A stretch of 55,976 nucleotides of DNA, filler included, from Basidioascus undulatus (lineage: Eukaryota): the NCBI GenBank assembly GCA_000826855.1. It is 4 parts of 4 records of this genome, joined end to end, with 100 filler letters (N's around TTAATTAATTAA, not from the genome) between each part and the next. Parts side by side here need not be neighbours in the genome. Positions count along the whole stretch, not along the records: positions 28,077 to 41,984 come from JTLS01000772.1; positions 42,085 to 55,976 come from JTLS01000773.1; 2 more parts are not named here. One strand, written 5' to 3'. The notes below the pieces were generated by a model that saw only the letters and a program-made list of their open reading frames with translations, was not told the DNA's origin and did no database searches. Below are positions 36,076 to 46,294 of this stretch, piece by piece (position 1 is the first letter of the stretch; each line of letters begins with the position of its first letter). The position numbers and the translations under genes were made by a program.

Positions 36076-38233
36076 GGGAAATTTGATGGAGAATTAAGGG
36101 AGGTAGGTTTCTATCGGGAAAGGGGAGAGGCGAGTATGGCCAAAGAGTGAGCGAGAGAGGGTGGCGGCAATGGCCAACATTTTGATACGTGCAGTGCCTT
36201 GAGAGGCCCGGCAGTCCCTGTGCTGAGTCTCGTACGGTTTACCAAATTGCCAATTAATATCCTTCGCACACAGCACACACAGATCTGGCAGGCATTTTGT
36301 ATACATTTTTTTGTTTGTCTTATATCAAGAGTATACGTTGGACGGGGCCACGGGGCTCTCTGGGTAGCTTCAGGGAGCTTCGGTAATGACAGGGTGGGGC
36401 CCGCTCACTTAATTCACTCCGCTCCGTCGCTTACTTGCTGCAATCAGCAGGCTCCCCATGACCACCCAGACATTCTGAAGAAAACTATCCCAGCTGGAAG
36501 GACGGCTTTCACTGGGCTGGCCGGTGAGCTGCTTGTCTCATGCAGGTTTGCAGTCTATGGGGTTCCTCACAAGGTTGGACCATCCATCTCAGACCTTGGC
36601 TTCTTTCTGAAAGGTTCCACCGAATCTTACATTTTTGCCTTACATGGAAACCCGAGACAGAATGTTAGTACTCATCTCATGATGGACAAACCTGTTTACC
36701 GGGTTGAGGATGGAGTGTGGCCGCCAACCTTCCCCGAAGGTCCCTAAAGCGCTCTTTCGCTCGTCCTATCCTCCTATGAGTCGCCACAACAGGGACGTAT
36801 GGGTTATGAGTATGATATAACTTCCGGTCCATTACCAGTTTCAGGCGAAATTGCAAGAGAGCGATGGAATCACTAACCCATGCCCTGTGAGCCGACCATT
36901 TTTTCCCGGCAGATGCATACTCTTGATCATCTTCTTCACTGTTCTACCCCATACTGCCTGGAGTTCCTGAAAAGGGCCACTCCCGAAATTCTGAACATAC
37001 TTGGTCATCATGAGCGGACGAGCATCATAGCGGGCCCTGGACAAGAAAGACAGCATTGCATCGGGCATGCGCCGCCTGTTTTTGCTTCGCACTCCAACAC
37101 TTGTGGTGTTAAAGGCCTTTTGACCAAGAATCAAATGCTAGAAGCCATTCCCATTTAGAGGAATTTCGCTCGCCTTTCCTGTCCTCCTCTCCTTGCTTTG
37201 AAAGGACAGGATTTCCCCTTGCACATTGCCAATCTCAACGGCCATTGCCCACTCTTCGGTGCTCGACTTCGAAAAATTCGAGCCTATTATGGCACTGTGA
37301 ATGCACAACCTGAACAGTCCACCGAACATTCTGGTTGAAAGTCGCTTCGGTGTCGCGGTTCGGGTCGCTGTTTGGGGTCGAAGCAGGCGCAGAGGACTGG
37401 ACAACTGCACACGTGTCTTCGGTCTAGTGTCGATGCCCGAGAACGGAACTCAGAAATACTTTCCTAGTTACATCTCTACCTAATTGAATATATTTAAACT
37501 TGCCGTTTGAAATGAAGTCTTGATGGTAAAGCTGACGATTTGCAGAATGTTCAGTCACTGCGAAGTCACTGCCAGTCACGCGTGTCTACTAGGTTGGCAC
37601 GGGCTTCCGGAACCTCCACACCGCGTCTCGTTCAGGTATTTTTGGGCTGCTCGCAGTCTCACCAACTTGGGCCTTTACGCTCTTCAGCGGTGGGGATGTG
37701 TGGCATCAGCATCAGAGATGCATGAAGTGTTTTTGAAAAGATGGGGTGCAAAAAGAGCAAATCCGAAAGCTAGGCACCAAAAAAGGAGTCCGCCTTCACC
37801 GGCGGCGGACTGGTTGCCCACCAAACCCAACGGTCGCCACGCGCCGTCTGTCTCGGAGCTGGCGCTGAGGACTCCGTCCCCGAGGTCGGCCAGGTGATTC
37901 GAAGACTCGAACTCCCTTCCTTTGTATCGACGCTATTCAAAAATCATACCCACCACTCAATCAGTGGGCTATACACTGCCCGGATACCTACATAGTGTCA
38001 GTGTTTAACCTTCAAAGGAGACAGTTCCTGGCTCGGGTGTGGTGCGGTGAACTCGGTTCGGTGCTCGGTGAACTCGGTGGTCGGGCCCGCGAGCCAGGGC
38101 CGAGCGAGTCCAGGTCAGATCGAGGTTTGTCAGATCTTACACGCCTCTTGACCAGGGCCATAAGCGACTTGCCTGACGCAAGTTGTTCATTTCCCCATAT
38201 CCTCCCTCACCCCTTCTACTATCCCCCGATCAA

Positions 38234-40434
38234 ATGTCACTGGCACCCTCGACACGACGCGCGAGCAGTGCGACCCAACACAGCGACTCGGCGGAGCAGG
38301 CGATAGCGAAGCAGCCCGCTGAGATCGTGCCCCCTGAGCACGAGAAGCCCCAGGCGGACGAGGAAATGGGCGGCGTGGGCCCGAGGAAGATGCTGAGGGA
38401 GTTTGGTCATGGCTGTGAGTACTTGTGATCCTGAGATGTGGTGGGTGCAGGGTTGAACGAGCAAGGTTTACCCTGCAGTCTTCGACCCTGAGCTGGCGCC
38501 TCTGCGAAAGATCTACTTCAAGATCTTGGGCGGGACGGTCTTGTGGGTTCTTCTTCCTGCTTTCGAGCGTGGGTTTGGGGCTGAACAAATATTTCTGCAG
38601 TATCACGATCATTGTCATCTGGGCGTGTTTACCCGTTTATTGGGCATCTCTCAACTGGCAGCCGTCGTCCGCCCACCAAATGAACGCGCTTATCGTCAAC
38701 CGTGACCAAGATACCCTCGGTACGTTGGTTACTTCAGCTCAGCGCAAGAGTGCTCTCTAGCTAACGAAATGCTGGATGTGTAGGCAACACCCTCGAGCAG
38801 ACCCTTCTCGCCTCGCGTAACAACAACCCTCATCTCGGCTGGAACTCGCGGGAGCCGTCCACTCTGAGCAACGACGAGATCGAGCACCTCCTCGTGCACG
38901 ACGAGGCCGCCTGGGTAGTCGTCGTCGGTGCGTGTTCTCGCTCTCTTCCCCTGCGTTCCGATGTTGACGTAACGTCTTCCTCACACACAGCCGAGGAGGC
39001 CGCCACCGCCCGTCTGCGCTCCGCCCGCGAGAATGGCGACGCGTCCTGGGACCCGTCTTCCGGCGTGACGATCTACTACAGCCAAGCGCGGAACGAGCTC
39101 GCGACCGGCAACTATGTCCTCCCGCAATCGACCGGACCTACCAATGCAGCGCTGGCGCAGGTCGCAGCGCAGCTCTCGCAGGAGTACTTCTCTGCGCATA
39201 GCGGCAACGCGACGGCCATGGAGCTTCTGTCTCGCGCGCCGAGGACCGTGGCCCAGCCGTTCGTGGTCAGGATGGTCAACTTCCGTGTGTCGCTATCCCA
39301 ATCACTTCACTCCAACCCCATAGCTGACTCCTCTCTGCGTCTGTCAGGCCCATACAACCAAGCCGTCGCTCAAGCGGTCACGCTTGTCGGCCTGATCTAC
39401 TTGCTTGTGCGTTCCATTCCCCCAACCCATCACGATTCCATACAATGATGTACTGATCAACTTCCATTTCCAGATCCTCGCCTTCATCCAAACCATGGCG
39501 CACACCGGCGCGCGCGCGATGATCGGGCCCAAGCTCCGCCTGCGCTCGTACATTGTCATGCGGATCGTCGTGCCCCTGATCATGTACATTCCGCTGTCGC
39601 TCATCTTCGCGGTACGTCGATGGCTCCCCACAAGACCTACCTATCCGACACGAAGCTGACGCTGCAGTTATTTTGGGCGCATGTAGATGATCTCCCTGCC
39701 GTTCCACGTCAAGTTCGACGCGCACTTTGACTCGTACGCGGCAGGGTTCTTCTGCTGCTGGGCGTTGTTCTACGTGTGTACCTCTTCTCTCCTCGGAAGT
39801 GTTTAGGGAAGCGTCAACTGACATACAAGGACTGCAGGTTGGCATGGCTGCTCTCGGCTTGGCTGTACGTTCCCTACACTTTGTCCCGCCACTCCTGTGT
39901 GCATTTGCTGACTCTGCTACATGCACAGACCGAAGCGATGGTCACCATCCTGACTGTCCGGTTCATGGCCTTCGGACTCATCGCCTTGATTATCGCCAAC
40001 GTAACTCGCGCTCACTTTCTCACCCTTCCTTCCACACACTGACTCAGCTTCTCACCCATATCAGGTCTCCGTCGCCTCCGTTCCCACCGACCTCCAAGTA
40101 TGGTTCTTCAAGTATGCGCCCGCGATGGTCTTCTACCAAGTCGGTCGGGGCGTGCGGACCATCATCTTCGGTAGGCCCCTCTTCCCGCTGCTCCTTGGGC
40201 GTAGACCGATTCTAACATACTAGCTGCGCCGTAGACGTCAAGAACGAGCTCGGCGAGAGCTTCGGCGTCTGCATCGCTGTATGTTCTCTTTCCCATTTGC
40301 TCGCGAGAAGTAGCAGGCAAGCTGATTGGCATTCCGGGTGGATCTCCGCAGTGGATCGCGTTCTCCTGTGCCATCTCCATCCCCCTCTTCACATGGTTCG
40401 TGCGTCGGCAGGAAATCAGGGAGCACGAGAAGTC

Positions 40435-40471
<37 letters not shown>

Positions 40472-40474
40472 TAG
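38234..40474 (+). CDS. SNG1/DUF3533-family multi-pass membrane protein with a C-terminal poly-Q
   Basis: FDPEL...LPVYWASL, AWVVVVAEEAATARL...WDPSSGVTIYYSQARNE, AVTLVGLIYLL, PLIMYIPLSL, GMAALGLA/TEAMVTILT, IIANVS, WFFKY. It ends RRQEIREHEKS-Q12*. Confidence 0.85.
40436..40471 (+). repeat. (CAG)11CAA microsatellite encoding the terminal Q12
   Basis: Directly visible, immediately before the TAG at 40472. Confidence 0.95.
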
Positions 40475-41915
40475 AACGCTTCTGGGACCCCGTATAACAG
40501 AACCCTTTAGATGTAATCATATTTACGGACCTCGTCGCGTACACTTTTTTTTTTCGGCAACGTCGCATTGGGTTACCCCATAATTCACAAGTGTATTATC
40601 TATGCTAAATGTACCGCATTGGATGCAATAGACTTCGCATCAAAGGCTGGGTGGTGAATGCCCGACCTGCGAGACCGTCGACTACGACTGTTCCAAAATC
40701 TGCGCAGAATCGCTCCCATTCGAACCTGTCAGTCCCTCTGCGTTGATTACGCGTTCTTGATGCTTCAAGGTCAACTACTCAAACGTTATGCACCTACCTT
40801 GATACGGCCGCTCTCCATAGCGACACTGCGAGCGACCTCCTGCTACTCCTCCCGGTCACGACTTATCTCACTCTCCTCTTCGCGGAGAACGGCCTGATAA
40901 AGTCCTTGATCAACCATCCCGAACCGGGACAAGGACTTTGGATCATCCTCAGCTTGATTATCGAAGCGTTTGTCTGTTCTCGACCGGTATTGGAGTTTGG
41001 TAAGTCCGCACCATCTATTAACGGACGCTCCCGTGCTGACTGGCGTGCGCGGAACAGCCTCCTCGTCGCAGGCTTGCGAGCGCTTTCGGAGTAGGTGGTA
41101 TTTTGTTGCATTCTGATGTTCTACGGAGTGAATCTCCATAAATAGTATTTGTTGACTATATGTACTTTTTGTTACAGAACGGACGACGAGTCTGACATGG
41201 CTAAGCAAGAGGCCGACCTCGAGTTGGGCTTGCTTTGATCGTCTTGCGCACACCGAGATTTCCGCCTAGACCCGTAATCGAATTTTATGAGATGCTTGAA
41301 TACACCCATGTTCTTTTTAATCTGAAATGTATACGACGTGACGGAATGTTCTGCATAAACACCCTCCTGCACTTCTTGTTTAGCTGGTGGTGCGATGATG
41401 GTCAACCGGGCATCGTTTCCAACGGCATCACTCGCCAGCTTACATTTACTGGATTTAAGCGTTAAGTCTCCAGAGAACACAATATCTTGGAGCCTTGAGT
41501 CCTCCCTCAATGTTTCAAAGACACACTCGGAGCGGCAGACAGTGGAAAAGGCAGACGTGACGCCGAGGACGGGCTGCAGGACAGGCAGTAGGTCGAGCAC
41601 GCCATGCTCAGCGCTCTACCCGATTTTCTGACTTCATGCTTGGTATTACAGGTCTATGAACCTAAAAAGGCCAATATCGCATGCGCTGACCGCGGCTAAG
41701 GCATGGAGGTGTCTTGCTGGTGGATGTACCGATACTGCAGGTCTGTTATCAGCCTTGAAAAGAGACCTAACTGCAGGCAAAGACCCCAGCATGATTCTTT
41801 CCAATTTGTGTGTCGCTTGCGGCTATCTACTCCAGCATTGATCACGTAGGTCCGACTCCGTTTGCACTTTATTTAGGTGTCTCGACATAAATACGAGAGG
41901 CCGAAAATATTATAA

Positions 41916-41984
41916 GTCGCTGTAGTATAGTGGTTAGTACATCACGTTGTGGTTGCTTTGATCCGTGAAGACGGCAGTTCGATT
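41916..41984 (+). tRNA. tRNA-His(GUG) with a 10-nt intron; 3' end cut by the contig edge
   Basis: GTCGCTG acceptor 5' strand, D arm GTATAGTGGTTAGTAC, anticodon stem TCACG/CGTGA with loop TT-GTG-G[intron 41953-41962]C, T arm GGCAG-TTCGATT. Confidence 0.9.
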
Positions 41985-42084
41985 NNNNNNNNNNNNNNNN
42001 NNNNNNNNNNNNNNNNNNNNNNNNNNNNTTAATTAATTAANNNNNNNNNNNNNNNNNNNNNNNNNNNNNNNNNNNNNNNNNNNN
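41985..42084. other. Artificial contig linker N44-TTAATTAATTAA-N44
   Basis: Same 100-bp spacer. Confidence 0.99.
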
Positions 42085-42086
42085 CG

Positions 42087-42101
42087 CCGCTCTTCCGATC
42101 T
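42087..42101 (+). other. Illumina adapter remnant CCGCTCTTCCGATCT
   Basis: Matches the 3' end of Illumina paired-end adapter/primer sequence and lies at the very start of the contig. Confidence 0.85.
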
Positions 42102-42705
42102 AGAGGGAGTAGAGGGCGGGGGGCGGGAGGGGAGGCGCGGGGAAGAGGAGGAAGTAGGGATGAGAAGGGGGAGTCCTGCTTCGGTTCTCGCTTTGGGGTT
42201 CATGTCATGTCTTTTAACTCGTGCTTGTGCCTGCGGTTGGCATCGCTGTGGGACCCGTGAATGCAAAATGTGGCGGCCAATTTGGGTAAGGAAGGCTGTC
42301 CACAGGAACGCGGTTTCGAGTGAAATCCGCCTTGCCAGACCAGACGAAGTAGGCGGCTCGCACGCTCGGCTAGCGCGGAGCCGGCAGCACAAGTGCTGTA
42401 CATATGAAGCTGGTCATTCTAGTTCAATTTTCCCATCTATTTCTCTAAATACGTTTTACGCGTGCGTACATTGCGGGCCAAACCGACCGTCGCAGAAAGG
42501 CGAAAGGCGAAAGGAAGGCGAAGTCGCAGTTTCGTGGGAAACCTTGCCTCGCTTAGGTAAGCCCGCCCCTCGCTCAAGAAAAGTCTCTTGCCGTCTTCTC
42601 TCCTCCGTCTCGCTGTGGCTCGCTCTCCTCTCCTCGCTCTCCTCCCCGCCTCCCCCCTCCAGACCCCCCTTCCCACCACCTCCTCCACTGCCACCGACGC
42701 CTGCC

Positions 42706-44880
42706 ATGTCGACTCTCGCGGACCAGCAAGCCACGCAAGACCTGACGATCAAGCCGTCCGCGTCCGCGCCCACGCTCGACACGTCCCAGTGGCCACTCCT
42801 GCTCAAGAACTACGACAAGTTGCTCGTGCGCTCGAGCCACTACACGCCGATCCCCCATGGCATTAGCCCGCTGAAGAGGGATCTGAAGAGCTATATAAAG
42901 TGAGTGGCGCTGCCCAGCCTTACTCGAGTCTTTTGGGGGGCAGTTGGGAAGATGGGAGAGAGGGACAGGGGGAGACAGCGATGGAAGGATGAAAAGCGCT
43001 TCATAAACAAATCAACTAGAAGGCTGTTTATGAGTTCCTTTGGGAACGACGACCTTAATCACGCTTCTGATCATCGCACCTTGTCATCGCACCTTCCTTC
43101 GAACGCATGCTGACTTTCGCCCCCTCCCCCTCTTGCGTCTTGCCGCGTCTGAAGGTGAGTTTTCTTCCTGTTTGTGGTTTGAAGAGAGTTGGTGGCACGG
43201 TGTGGTATGGTGGGAGACGAATTGGAGGACGATAACCTTGCTTAAAAACAAATCAACTAGAAGGCTGTTTATGAGCCCTCGGGCACTGAACATACCTCTT
43301 AATCTGACTCAATCTCTCCCACCCACACTCCTCTCACCCGCTGTCGAAGCGTCCGCTAACTGTCCTACCTGGGCTGGTGTGTATTGGTGATGGCACAGAT
43401 CGGGCGTGATCAACCTCGACAAGCCCTCGAACCCGTCCTCGCACGAGGTCGTCGCGTGGATCCGGCGCATGCTCCGCGTCGAGAAGACCGGCCACTCGGG
43501 GACGCTCGACCCGAAGGTTACGGGGTGCTTGATCGTCTGCATCGACCGCGCGACGAGGCTGGTGAAGAGCCAGCAGGGGGCTGGTGCGTTTTCCTTTCTC
43601 CTCCCTCTTCCCCCTCATTCCCGCCTTGTCCGTTCCTCCGGATCTGAGAAAATGCAAGGGATGCTCACGTTCATCCGCCCGCAGGTAAGGAGTACGTTGC
43701 TGTCCTGCGCCTTCACTCGAAGCTGGACCAGCCCGCCGCTCTCCCCCGGGCGCTGGAGACCCTCACCGGCGCCCTGTTCCAGCGCCCGCCGCTGATCTCC
43801 GCCGTGAAGCGCCAGCTCCGCATCCGGACGGTGCACGAGAGCAAGCTGATCGAGTTCGACAACGAGCGCGGGCTTGCAGTCTTCTGGGTCTCGTGCGAGG
43901 CGGGCACGTACATCCGCACGCTCTGCGTCCACCTCGGCCTCCTCCTCGGCGTCGGCGGCCACATGCAGGAGCTCCGCCGTGTCAGGAGCGGGGCGATGAG
44001 CGAGAATGATGATATTGTGACGATGCATGATGTGCTGGATGCGCAGTGGCTTTATGACCAGACGAGGGACGGTGCGTTGCTCTTTCGTCTTCTGTCCTTC
44101 CCCTCCTTGCCTTTTCGATCCCGCCTTTTGTCGGAGACTGACTTGAGTTCCTTGGATCGCCCGCTCAGAGTCGTACCTCCGCCGCGTCATCCGCCCGCTC
44201 GAGTCCCTGCTCGTCGGCTACAAGCGCATCGTCGTCAAGGACTCGGCCGTCAACGCCATCTGCTACGGCGCGAAGCTCATGATCCCCGGTCTCCTCCGCT
44301 ACGGTTCGTCCTCCATCCCTTCTTCCCTCCTCCCCACCTCCTTGCCACCCCTTCCCTTCCCCTTCCCTCTCTTTTCTTCTGACTTTCGTTTGATGCACAC
44401 AGAGGCCGACATCGAGGTGAACGAGGAGGTCGTGCTGATGACGACCAAGGGCGAGGCGGTCGCGATCGGTGGGTCACACTCCCTCTGTCCTCGCCTTGAA
44501 GATGACGGTGGCTGATGCGGGGAGGGGGGTACTTTGTGTGGTGGTCCAGGTATCGCCCAGATGTCGACCGCCGACCTCTCGTCCTGCGACCACGGCGTCG
44601 TCGCCAAGGTCAAGCGCTGCATCATGGAGCGCGACACATACCCGCGCCGGTGGGGTCTGGGGCCGAAGGGTGCGTCGTCGTCGTCCTCGCTCTTCCCTCC
44701 CCCTCTCCGCATCTCTTCCCTCTCTATAACTCAAGCTGACGAGATGATGTACGCCCGTCCGCAGCCCAAGAAAAGAAGAAGCTCATCAAGGACGGCAAGC
44801 TGGACAAGTTCGGGAAGAAGACGGACGCGACGCCCGACTCGTGGAAGAAGGAGTACGTCGACTACCGGAACGACGAGGAG
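42706..44880 (+). CDS. CBF5: H/ACA snoRNP pseudouridine synthase Cbf5/dyskerin (C-terminal tail missing or garbled after ~44880)
   Basis: [90 protein letters not shown] domain, [19 protein letters not shown]. Confidence 0.97.
42978..43077 (+). ncRNA. Putative intronic box C/D snoRNA, copy 1 (LSU rRNA guide, SNORD95-like element)
   Basis: Terminal stem GCGATG/CATCGC, box C AGGATGA at 42986-42992, antisense element ATCAACTAGAAGGCTGTTT, D' ATGA at 43030-43033, GTTCC-TTTG-GGAAC hairpin, C'-like ACGACGA, box D CTGA at 43067-43070. Confidence 0.8.
43109..43160 (+). other. Putative recursive splice site (zero-length exon) inside CBF5 intron 1
   Basis: Branch point GCTGAC at 43109-43114, a polypyrimidine tract, and the first downstream AG at 43153-43154 immediately followed by GTGAGT at 43155-43160. 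Confidence 0.7.
43209..43323 (+). ncRNA. Putative intronic box C/D snoRNA, copy 2 (paralog of copy 1)
   Basis: Terminal stem GGTGGGAGA/TCTCCCACC plus ATTG/CAAT, box C variant AGGACGA at 43226-43232, identical 30-nt guide plus D' block at 43246-43275, GCCC-TC-GGGC inverted repeat, box D CTGA at 43304-43307. Confidence 0.78.
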
Positions 44881-45764
44881 ATCCCCTCCCACCCCCCGCC
44901 CTCTTCTCCCTCTCCCGCCTCTTCTCCACCCGCTTCGCCTTCGCCTTCTTCCTTGTCGCTTTCCCCTCATACGGCCCACCGCCGACCTTCTTCTTCCCCG
45001 CCCCACCCGCCTTCGCAGCCTCTTCGGCCGCGCGCTTCTTCTTCAGCAAGCGGCCTGACGAGGGCGGCGGGGACGGTGCCCGCTCGGGCGGAGGGAGGGA
45101 GGAGGAGGGCGCGGAGGGGTCGAAGTCTTCGATGATCGTTACGGTCGCGTGGTGCTCGTCGTCCGAGTAGGCTTCTTCTTTCTCCTTCTCGGAATCGGAC
45201 GCCTCCGCGTCTGCCGCAGAAACAGGGTCGATAAAGGCGCTTTTGCTAGACCCTACCCAGCCGTCCCGACACTGATTAGCCACGCTGGGAGTGAACGAAC
45301 GAGAGAGGGAGGAGAAGAAACGCACCCGCCAGCGCCCCATACTGCATCTCCACCTCCCGATAATTCTCCTCCGCCTGCTCTTTCCGTGCCTTCCTCGTCT
45401 ATCCATCCCTCCCCGTCCACATCAGCCCCACCACCCGTCACCTCCTCCCCCCAGCCAACCCGCCGTCCCAGACTCACCTCCGCCTTCTCCTTCCTCTGCT
45501 CCTCCTTATCCCTTGCCTTCGCCTTCGCTCTGCGCTCCTCGATCCGCGCTTGCTTGCGCTTCCGGAAGCCCGTCAAGTACTCGCTAGCACCCCCACCCAA
45601 CGTTCTTCTCAGCATCCTAAACCCGGGAGCAAGACACAGGGCCCAGGGACGCACCGCCGCGCATCGTCGTCAAACAGGACTTCCTCCACCCGTCCCTGGC
45701 GCGCACGCTTCTTCGCGCGCACGGCGGCGTGCTGGGTGGACAGGAGCTGGGAGTTTGTGGGCAT
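44786..45764 (-). CDS. RRP17: Nucleolar protein Rrp17/NOL12 (Nop25 domain); true stop codon uncertain
   Basis: MPTNSQLL...[30 protein letters not shown]...[19 protein letters not shown]...YEGKATRK. Confidence 0.88.
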
Positions 45765-46294
45765 GTTGGAGTAGTTATGTGTGTGGAATAGAATGTGTGG
45801 ATGGAGGTGGGTGTGGGAGGTGGGAGGCGACGAGGATTATTGAAGCCGATTCCCACGCCCTTCGGCGGCAAGGGAGTTCATTCTGAGACGCGAGACGGGG
45901 GCGGCGAGCGAGAAGACGCTCGCACGCTTCCTTTGTGCTAACGCTCATCTTACACTACTCGGCGGTGGCGAACTCGGATTTGGCTTTGTGGTTACGTATT
46001 GGATCGCAGGGACCAGGTGAATATTGTGGTTTGCAGAGTCTGGGTGGGTCGGTGGGTGGGCGAAGTCGCTGATACGTTCTGGGATTGGGGGTGCAGCCTG
46101 GTTATTGAGGACCCGCTGCGATTTGCGTTGGTCGGAGCCAAGAGCGTGGTAGTATTTGGGTGGATATTGGAGTAGGTGAGTTGGCGTTTCTGCACTGGGT
46201 GGCAGTGCGACGGTCTGGATGGCGTGGGCACGTTCGGGCGGCGGACTGACAGCTCTGCCACACCCGCAGAAGGCCACACCGTCTTTCAAGCACC

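Noticed and set aside
36199..37483. ORFs upstream of PRP43 as a gene
   Set aside because: Overlapping short frames occur on both strands with stops and no identifiable motif, so there is insufficient support.
43050..43066. Second (D-box) guide sequences in the twin snoRNAs
   Set aside because: The sequences upstream of box D differ in register between the two copies, and I could not identify a convincing rRNA complement by eye.
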